A DNA stretch of 64,000 bases, taken from contig NIVC01002345.1 in NCBI GenBank assembly GCA_002269645.1, positions 62,001 to 126,000 on the forward strand. The letters are read 5' to 3'. The stretch comes from Macrostomum lignano (taxonomy: Eukaryota). This document shows, piece by piece, positions 1 through 64,000 of the stretch. The first letter of the stretch is position 1. Every line of letters begins with the position of its first letter. The translations under genes were made by a program, and so were the position numbers. The notes beneath the pieces are model-generated. The model worked only from the letters and a program-made list of their open reading frames with translations, ran no database searches and had not been told where the DNA came from.

Positions 1-687
1 TGGCTTTTTAATGCTTGACATGGTGGCTCGTTTATGTTTGGCATGGTGGCTCTTTAATGTTCGACATGGTGCCACTGATATGTTTGACATTGTGCTTCTT
101 TTATGTTTAGCAGTTTCATGTTTTCAAGGTGTTTTAATAAAAAAATTTTTTTGCACTACTAAGATTCGAACCCAGGTCGCTACATTAGCATTCCAGTCTG
201 TTCGCATCTGGGCTATCTCTTTTCAATTGGAGTACATCAATTGTGGCCCTTATAATTCAATTCTTACAGCAAGTCAATTAGAGTAAAAAGTTATGACATA
301 ATCAATTTCTCAGTCAGCCAGTATCAGTTTCAATTCAAGTTAGCAATATTGGTTACGCAATTTAAATCAAGTCGTGTGTGCATTTCTTCGGCACTGTTTT
401 CTACTTGTTGTGATGCAATCTTTATCAGAATTGAAATTCAGCCAGTCAGTTTTTTCTCTAGCATTCTTACAATGCATTTCAGGTCGAAAGAGCTGCTTGA
501 CCTTTGCAAAAAAGCATGTTTTTCGAATATTTAATCCCTTTAATATATAGCAATTTCTTAGCCAAGATGCATGTACCGTCCCAGGAGAATTTCTGATCGA
601 ATGGTGCAAGTTTGAAGAAAATCGGTTGAGCCATTTTTTCTGAAATCTATCGCATACCCACAGACAACTCATTTTTAGTATATAGGA
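1..687 (-). mobile_element. Possible non-autonomous Helitron-like element, 5' end at about 687, running off the left edge
   Basis: The minus strand reads A|TCCTATATACTAAAAATGAG...GCTCAACCGATTTTCTTCAAACTTGCAC. This resembles the 5'-TC start and ACCGATTT..AAA.TTG.CAC motif of invertebrate non-autonomous Helitrons. 23-bp imperfect repeats at 10-100. The 3' CTRR end is not in the window. Confidence 0.4.
153..218 (-). other. Degenerate tRNA-like (A-box/B-box) segment
   Basis: The minus strand reads TAGCCCAGATGCG...GACCTGGGTTCGAATCTTAG followed by an A/T run. B-box GGTTCGAATC is present, but I cannot fold a full cloverleaf. Confidence 0.3.
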
Positions 688-2960
688 TGGGAGATGGAGA
701 GATAGAGGCTAACGGAGCTAGGATGGAGAGATGTAGCGATAAGGAATTTTCCTCCTGGGGGCGATACGATTGGGTTGGCGCCGGCCCCACGCGGCAAGCG
801 CTGTTTGTTGACGGACATTTTTGGTTGCAGCTGTGCCGCGGCGTAAGCTTGTATGCGATTTTTCGGTGTTGTTATTTTGAATTGCGACATTTAGTATTGT
901 TTTTATTGATAGTAAAGTTGATTATTCAAGAATTAATTCCATAAAAACCGGCACCAAGTGTAGCAATGAAGTTCTTTGACCAGAGTAATTGCTTTAAAAC
1001 TCTCTACTTGATTGTATTTTAACCACAGAGACGAGCCTTGAACAGTTGGCTTGACTTGTTGGCAGTCCCCTTGATTGGCTGGTCGAGGGCAAGTTACGTT
1101 CTATTCGAAAGATTCTCTTTATTAGTTCCTTTTGTGTCAGAGCTCCGTGGCTGGCAGCATTTTTTTTCTATTTAAAAATAGAAGTTGCCAGTGCTGGAAG
1201 TCAGTCGGCTAGGGAGATTCGTGGCGCACTGGCTGAGGTCGCTTCCAGTCTCCTCAGCGGCTGGTGGGTGGCTGATCGTTTCATGCAGTCCCAGCGATAG
1301 CAGCAAAAGGCAAACAAAATCCCCACAGAAAAAGCAAATTCTCCTCGATTGCGGGGCGTGCACAATCTTCAAAAGATCTTATTTTATCGCAGATGAAAAA
1401 ATACGCAAGACTGAGTAACCGACGGAAGGGTTAAAAGAGAGGGGAATTAATATATCCCCTAGTGTATGGGAAATCTCGTAATGGGATTATAGTACATACG
1501 GCTCGTATAGGTAATCATAATAAACAAAATATAATAACCCTAATATAAAAATATAATTAAATCAGTTTCAAGGACATTGAGCACTATACATGTATTAATT
1601 TGCATGATGACAATTTCCTAAATTATTAATAGCTTAAATTTAACTATTAAACTATTCAATCTAGACATAAATGACTCTTTCACTACATCAACTCATCAGA
1701 GCTATCCGGATAGATGCGGTTAATATATGCCCGGCTTTGCTTAAAATGCAATTTTAGGGTCATGCTTGACTGCATAATGTTCTAAATAAAATTTTGCATA
1801 GAATGAAAAATTGTAAATATGATTCTTTTATGGTATCAGAGACATTTAAAAGACCAAACTCTTATTTAAATTGTATTAAAAAAGCATTTTTCAATATAAA
1901 AATGATAGAAAATGAAGTTTCCCTTTCTGCAGAGAAGATTAACCGCGATAACGAGCACATAGAGCTACTCTAAAATAAGATACCCATAAACAGTTCAAGG
2001 TTTGCAATCATTTTTTCTATAAGTTTCTTTTAAAGTTATAAGAAAAGCTTAAAAAATAAACGTTAAAACCATATAAAGAATAAAAATGTGCCTAAAATTT
2101 GAGCACCAAAATGATTATCTGATTAGCTATTCGAAATTATAAGGCCTGAATGACAAAAAGCAAATAAAGAATTAAACTCATTCTTTTAGTAACTTTGGTA
2201 GCATAGCAATTCTAATCAAACATGTTTAATAATGATTTCAACTCATAATTGCCTAATTCGAAGAAAAGAAAAAATAAATGCTACGTATAATATATTCACT
2301 CGTAAGTTAGTAATGCAAAAAATACATTTGATCATATAAATTGCAGAGAAATATACATTTCTGCCTATAAACTCATTCACTGTCTTTTAAACATAGTGTA
2401 TAAAGTGGCGTATAATTTTACCAGAGTGATGCAATATTTGCGTAGATAATTGATTACTGTGACCAGAGATGAACTTTCCTGGCTTAAAACAGTTTCAGGT
2501 AGAGCCGGCTCGGCGATGATTCAGATTGTAGATTTAAATTATTTCTTTTCCCTTTTCGCTGACATAGTGAAACAAATAGTATTGTATTATGCTTTTATAG
2601 TAATACGTACATTTTAGCAAACAAAAAGAAAAAATTAAAATTATTTAATAATACCTTAAATTTCTTCCGAAAAACTCTTTTAACTGCAATTACACAAATT
2701 TAATTTTTTGCATCATGGCTCTGCGAAATATCTTGACGTAGTAGACTGTAGTAGTAGCACTACTGTTACGATTAAGATTCTTGGCATTGGTCTGTGCTTA
2801 AAGTATTAAGTAATAATTTGTTACAAGCCGGTAGCCACCAATCGTCCTGTAATATCGTCTATCTGAAATAATTTTGGTTGACATATGCAAAATTAAACAG
2901 GTTCTCTACTAAACGCGCCCAGGCCCAGGACAGTTTATCCAGCTGTTTTGACGCTCTGGA

Positions 2961-29518
<26,558 letters not shown>

Positions 29519-29649
29519 CCTGCCTGGCTGTGTGCTTGACTTCTGCGGCTGATTTTATTAATATTGTATGCTTATCCTGTGTAATGCAACTGTCTATGAC
29601 CTGTCATGTCCTGTGACCGATGATTGCGACTTTCACGTTGATAACAATT

Positions 29650-30345
29650 AATGAACCAACTGTTTATGACACTAATGACTACGAACCAATTGTCTATAAC
29701 CTTAATGAAAATTTATGAACCAACCAATGACTATGAACCAACCGTCTATGACCCTAATGACTATGAACCAACCGTCTATGACCCTAATGACTATGAACCA
29801 ACTATGACCCTAATGACTACGAGCCAATTGTTTATGACCCTAATGACTATGAACCAACTGTCTATGACCATAATAACTATGAACCAGCTGTCTATGACCC
29901 TAATGACTTCGAACCAGCTATCTATGACCTCAATGACTATGAACCAACTTTCTAAGACCCTAATGACTATGAAGCAGTTGTCTATGACCCTAATGACTAT
30001 GAAGCAGCTGTCTATGACTCTAATGACTATGAACCAACCGTCTATGACCCTAATGACTATAGACCAGCTGTCTTATTACCCTAATGACTATGAACCAACT
30101 GTCTTATGACCCTAATGACTTTGAACCAGCTATCTGTGACCTCATTGAAAATTAATGAAGCAACTGTTTATGACCCTAATGACTACGAACCAATTGTCTA
30201 TGACCATAACGACTATGAACCAGCTGTTTATGACCCTAATGACCATGAACCAGCTGTCTTATGACCCTAATGACTTTGAACCAGCTATCTTTGACCTCAA
30301 TGAAAATTAATGAAGCAACTGTTTATGACCCTAATGACTATGGCT
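29650..30345. repeat. 30-bp degenerate minisatellite downstream of the POLE stop
   Basis: Unit ATGACCCTAATGACTATGAACCAACTGTCT. Confidence 0.93.
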
Positions 30346-30498
30346 CAATCAGCTATTGATCTAAATGTAGCTGACCCAACTGCCTGCTGTTTAGTCAGCC
30401 CTATTATCCGCATTTCGATTGCAGTTAATTGGCTCGTATTTATCTTTTGCACCAGCAATCCCATTTTTTCACAGCTCCCAACTCTTGCATTTTTGCTT

Positions 30499-30504
30499 AA
30501 TAAA
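30499..30504 (+). terminator. Candidate POLE polyadenylation signal
   Basis: First AATAAA I found after the stop codon. Confidence 0.4.
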
Positions 30505-30771
30505 TTTTAAGACAATGTTTTTAATTCCTATCGAAATTTATAAATATATTTTATACTCGTTGTAATGCACTTACATGTATTCATTTATGTGCATGCGGTT
30601 AATGAATTTAAACTGTTTTTACGTTTAAAATAAATTTAGGCACCGTATTTTGTCTATCATGCACAAGTAGTTAACGTGTATTAAAAATGTATCTGCATTC
30701 TATAAGCTGCAATTAAAATCAGCGATTCAAGCTTAGCAAAATATCATTTGTTTATTGCTTTTTTATGTATC

Positions 30772-33700
30772 CGCCTGATCCTTTGATCTAACCGCCATCA
30801 ACTCTTGATCCTTTGATCTGACCGCCATCAACTCTTGATCCTTTGATCTGACCGCCATCAACTCTTGATCCTTTGATCTGACCGCCATCAACTCTTGATC
30901 CTTTGATCTGACCGCCATCAACTCTTGATCCTTTGATCTGACCGCCATCAACTCTTGATCCTTTGATCTGACCGCCATCAACTCTTGATCCTTTGATCTG
31001 ACCGCCATCAACTCTGATTCTTTGATCTAACCGCCATCAACTTGATCCTTTGATCTGACCGCCATCAACTCTTGATCCTTTGATCTGACCGCCATCAACT
31101 CTTGATCCTTTGATCTAACCGCCAGCTATTCTGATCCTTTGATCTGACCGCCATCTATTCTGATCATTTATTCTGACCGCCGTCAACTCTGATCGTTTGA
31201 TCTGACCGCCATCAGTAGCAAGCGTTTTTTTGATGCATAGCTCGTTTTTACGTAGCGAAAGCAATATGAAGTTCCAAGCACTAGTTCAACGGGGATACAC
31301 GCATAGCCTGCTTTTACAATGCGAAACCAAAAGGAAGTCCAACCCCTACGCGAGGCATTCCCGCTGTCAGAAATTTCAAAATTTCGTCCTCACCACTTTA
31401 TTGCTAGGCTCGCGACCACTCCTAGATTCCTAACTTTTGCTTTGCTATAGCGATGTGGTTCGGCGCTTTGCCTAAATGCGCGCGTGTTCGAATGCTTGGA
31501 AAGTCCGCTTCAACTGTTTCTTTTTTGTTCTTTCAACACAACAGAACTTTTGGCTTCTGGAAGTCCTTTCCATGTTCATGCGCAACTTCAGAAACAATCT
31601 GCTATAGGGATTAGTCGCTAATAGCATGCATCAGTTATACTTGCCTCCACGCCCAACCACTAGTCGATTCAGACCGTGTTGCCCCAGAGCGTGTCCTGTG
31701 TGTCCAATAATTTCCGAATCTCGTCCTTGCTAGGTATTCGCTTTGTTGCTAGGGCCGTAGCAACACTTCCTGCTTTTCAATTTTTGGCTTGCCAGTCCAA
31801 TCGGCGGTTCCTCCCGTTCTGTCCTAATTTGCAAGTCCTAATGTTCAGAAATTTCTAAATCTTGTCATGTCATGCTCAGTCTTTTCAACTTTTTGGTTTG
31901 CTAACTCAATGGCTATCAACAGTTTTATCCATGTTCTTGCGTGAAACAAAGAAACAAACTGATCCTTTGATCTGACCGCCATCAACTCTGATCCTTTGAT
32001 CTGACCGCCATCTATTCTGATCCTTTGATCTGACCGCCATCAACTTTGATCCTTTGATCTGACCGCCATCAACTTTGATCCTTTGATCTGACCGCCATCT
32101 ATTCTGATCCTTTCATCTGACCGCCATCAACTCTGATCCTTTGATCTGACCGCCAGCTATTCTGATCCTTTGATCTGACCGCCATCTATTCTGATCCTTT
32201 CATCTGACCGCCATCAACTCTGATCCTTTGATCTGACGGCTACATTTCCTGACCCTTCTATCTAACCGCCATCAACTCTGGTCCTTTGATCTGACCGCCA
32301 GCTATTCTGATCCTTTCATCTGACCGCCATCAACTCTGATCCTTTGATCTGACCGCCAGCTATTCTGATCCTTTGATCTGACCGCCATCTATTCTGATCC
32401 TTTCATCTGACCGCCATCAACTCTGATCCTTTGATCTGACGGCTACATTTCCTGACCCTTCTATCTAACCGCCATCAACTCTGGTCCTTTGATCTGACCG
32501 CCAGCTATTCTGATCCTTTCATCTGACCGCCATCAACTCTGATCCTTTGATCTGACCGCCAGCTATTCTGATCCTTTCATCTGACCGCCATCAACTCTGA
32601 TCCTTTGATCTGACCGCCATCAACTCTGATCCTTTGATCTGACGGCTACATTTCCTGACCCTTCTATCTAACCGCCATCAACTCTGGTCCTTTGATCTGA
32701 CCGCCAGCTATTCTGATCCTTTCATCTGACCGCCATCAACTCTGATCCTTTGATCTGACCGCCAGCTATTCTGATCCTTTCATCTGACCGCCATCAACTC
32801 TGATCCTTTGATCTGACGGCTACATTTCCTGACCTTTCTATCTAACCGCCATCAACTCTGGTCCTTTGATCTGACCGCCAGCTATTCTGATCCTTTCATC
32901 TGACCGCCATCAACTCTGATCCTTTGATCTGACCGCCAGCTATTCTGATACTTTCATCTGACCGCCATCAACTCTGATCCTTTGATCTGACCGCCAGCTA
33001 TTCTGATCCTTTAATCTGACCGCCATCAACTCTGATCCTTTGATCTGACCGCCATCAACTCTGATTCTTTGATCTAACCGCCATCAACTTGATCCTTTGA
33101 TCTGACCGCCATCAACTCTTGATCCTTTGATCTGACCGCCATCTATTCTGATCCTTTCATCTGACCGCCATCAACTCTGGTCCTTTGATCTGACCGCCAT
33201 CTATTCTGATCCTTTGATTTGACCGCCATCTATTCTGATCCTTTGATCTGACCGCCATCAACTTTGATCCTTTGATCTGACCGCCATCTATTCTGATCCT
33301 TTGATCTGACGGCTACATTTCCTGACCCTTCTATCTAACCGCCATCAACTCTGATCCTTTGATCTGACCGCCAGCTATTCTGATCCTTTCATCTGACCGC
33401 CATCAACTCTGATCCTTTGATCTGACCGCCAGCTATTCTGATCCTTTCATCTGACCGCCAGCTATTCTGATCCTTTGATCTGACCGCCAGCTATTCTGAT
33501 CCTTTGATCTGACGGCTACATTTCCTGACCCTTCTATCTAACCGCCATCAACTCTGATCCTTTGATCTGACCGCCAGCTATTCTGATCCTTTCATCTGAC
33601 CGCCATCAACTCTAATCCTTTGATTTCACCGCCAGCTATTCTGATCCTTTGATCTGACCGCCAGCTATTCTGATCCTTTCATCTGACCGCCATCAACTCT

Positions 33701-33800
33701 GATCCTTTGATCTGACCGCCAGCTATTCTGATCCTTTGATCTGACCGCCAGCTATTCTGATCCTTGATCTGATGACCGCCATCAACTCAGACCCTTCGAT
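30772..33800. repeat. 29/30-bp intergenic minisatellite split by a unique insert of about 745 bp (31215-31957)
   Basis: Unit TGATCCTTTGATCTGACCGCCATCAACTC; a variant block GACGGCTACATTTCC recurs at 32235, 32438, 32641, 32815, 33308 and 33511. Confidence 0.97.
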
Positions 33801-35138
33801 CTTAATACCACCCCGCCCGAAATGAACGTGACAATAAAAAGCTTCTACCAAGTTAAAATAGGAAAACTAGCAGTTCAATCAACTTGTGAAAAGCTCACCG
33901 CTCATTTCCTATTTATTTATAATTTAATGATCGCTTAGTCCTTTGTTTTAATAATATAGAATTATAGTTTTTCCGGCATGCATGGCAACTGTCGAATTGT
34001 TAATAGAGCTTGTATAGAATAGCAAATTAATAAGCTTGTTAAGCTTCTAGGCGAAAGTTCAATAAAACAGAATCAACAAAGAAACGTGGGGCAATAGGCA
34101 GATGCAGTTCATAAATATAGTTTGGTTGCTAAGCGGTTTCTGGAGTATAGTAGTATAATTACTATTAGTGAGAATTAATTTTAGTACATAGTAAAACTCG
34201 ATGATCAATATTAATACAATTTTAAGCATAAATAAAGATAGAAAACGGGAAGGCAAAATGGCACAGAGATGCACAATGATCAATAGTAAATAATAATATA
34301 TATAAAACGGAGTGTTAAAGCCGCAGTTGCGCTTGCTCAGTAGTACAAAACAGTGTTTTTTTTCTTTCGTCTTTCTTATAGCCCAATAGCAAACAAGAGG
34401 CGGATGAAATTGAATTCAAATATTGACAGGAATAATAAAGTTTTATTAATAATTTTTAGCACCGATAGCCACAGAATATTAGTTGAAAAAATTTAAACAA
34501 AAATATATGTATAAATTAACAAAACGCTAATGACACTACTTTCAGTGGCAAAATAAGCAGTAAGAATAGTAGTAAAATATTATTATTATTAAACAGAGAC
34601 AAAAACTGGATTGAAATATGAATTAACAGCAAGAAAAAAATAGCAGAAAGCCTACTTGAGTAACGCGCTGGACTTCTTCAATTAAGCAATTTGAAACAAA
34701 GAAAGTGGCGCATTTGGATTCATTTTTTCAGGCGTAGGAGGAGGGAGGTAACATTCGACAGCCAGCGGCGGGAAGTTTACAACGGGTATTGAGGATATGT
34801 ATCGAAAAAAAACAAAAAACAGTACAAAAACAAAAGCTTGCAATGATGGAGAAATTTTTGGAATACACAATTTCAATCAGAGAAAAACTCGTGGAATTTA
34901 AATAACAAAAAACACGCAAACTACTACTAATTACCGATTTAACAACCGCGCGTCTTCATTGGAAACGGGTGACGATTTACAATAGGTATTAGCATTTAGC
35001 CACTTAGTGTAGAAATGTATTAGAATATAAATAATTAGTTAATGCAAAAGTGTGCAGTAAATATTGAAAAATACCAATAGCAAATTCTCTAGTAGTAGTA
35101 GTATTGTTAGGCAACAAAAAGAATAAGGCAAAGATTAA

Positions 35139-35144
35139 TTTATT
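35139..35144 (-). terminator. Candidate myosin polyadenylation signal
   Basis: AATAAA on the minus strand about 220 nt after the stop. Confidence 0.4.
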
Positions 35145-35363
35145 TATATAAGTTTTTTGAGCTTAAACATTTTTGAAAACCCCTAAAACGGCTTTTAAAT
35201 AAACTAATTACTACTGCTACTAACAGTACTACTATAAAACCATGAAGCTATTATAGTCGCGCGCACACACAGCAAACTCTGCAGTTCGATGAATAACAAT
35301 TGAAATAGTGTTAATTGCTTGATTACAAGTTGCTGGTTGATAGGCCGGCTACTTTAAGCGGCT

Positions 35364-63318
<27,955 letters not shown>

Positions 63319-64000
63319 GAAGCAGATACAAAGTTTCAGTTGACGAAAAAAAACTTTTCTAATAAAATAATAAATAATTAACAATCAGTTCTCTCGAACA
63401 AAGCCAATGTCAAAGCGCGGCGAACGTAGTGATTCAGAAGGAAATAATCACGTTTAAATTTCTTGGACGCTTTTAGTAAATAAAAACAAAGACTTCTTTG
63501 TAAATAAATAAAAAAGCGGCTACAGAAAAAACCTTTAGTTGAAAACCTAATGACAGTTTTAAAAAATTTTAATAACGTTTATTAAAAACTCGTACTTATC
63601 TACGCTAGTTAATCCGTCAAAATTACAAGTCACCTCTGTAATAGGGCTGAAGGTTACATTGCAGATCTCTAGTGGAAGCTCAACCCTATCTCTATCAAGA
63701 TTATTCAGTTAGTTTTAGTCCAAGCGCCGGGACGGCCACGATTAGCACTTAATAGGCAGAGCACAATATTGTAGAAACTGCAATTATCTACAGCTGTAGT
63801 ATAATGACTGATAAGTTAATAGTAACTTTTGTGCATTGGGTTTGTCTGCAGTACATATATGTTCAATTGTGGAATGATGCATGATACAAGGACCACTGTT
63901 TATAGCAATATACAGTGGTCCTTGGCATGATATAGTATATAGTATATTTAATTGTAACTAAGTAGTAGAGCTGTCACGAGATCTTGACGAGACAAGATTC

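Noticed and set aside
1440-1463. Hairpin AGGGGA..TCCCCT followed by CTAGT, resembling a Helitron 3' end
   Set aside because: The CTAG overlaps the stem instead of lying about 10 nt downstream, and it faces the wrong way for the element at 1-687
2910-2925. ACGCGCCC upstream of POLE as an E2F/MCB-like site
   Set aside because: It does not match TTTSSCGC fully and is too short to support alone
63964-64000. TAGAGCTGTCACGAGATCTTGACGAGAC at the right edge as a possible hAT-like terminus
   Set aside because: It is truncated by the window, so the partner TIR cannot be checked

Overview
Eukaryotic (metazoan, invertebrate-type) genomic window with two large, intact, convergent spliced genes. On the + strand is the DNA polymerase epsilon catalytic subunit (POLE), 21 coding exons, 2961-29518, about 2375 aa. 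On the - strand is a non-muscle myosin II heavy chain, 16 coding exons, 63318-35364, about 2010 aa. I rebuilt both exon chains by hand: all introns are GT-AG and the phases join into one open frame. The most striking feature is that 17 of 20 POLE introns and 10 of 15 myosin introns are inflated by intron-specific tandem repeats (mostly 16-76 bp units, two are microsatellites). Array-free introns are either 83-99 bp or long AT-rich introns near the 5' end. Most long ORFs in the supplied track are translations of these arrays. Other points: near-total CpG loss in the first intron of both genes, a candidate in-frame 150-nt cassette exon in myosin loop 1, a candidate short-tail terminal exon, and several decayed transposon remnants. 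The architecture reminds me of Macrostomum-type flatworm genomes, but that is inference only. No prokaryotic features, CRISPR arrays or rRNA were seen.
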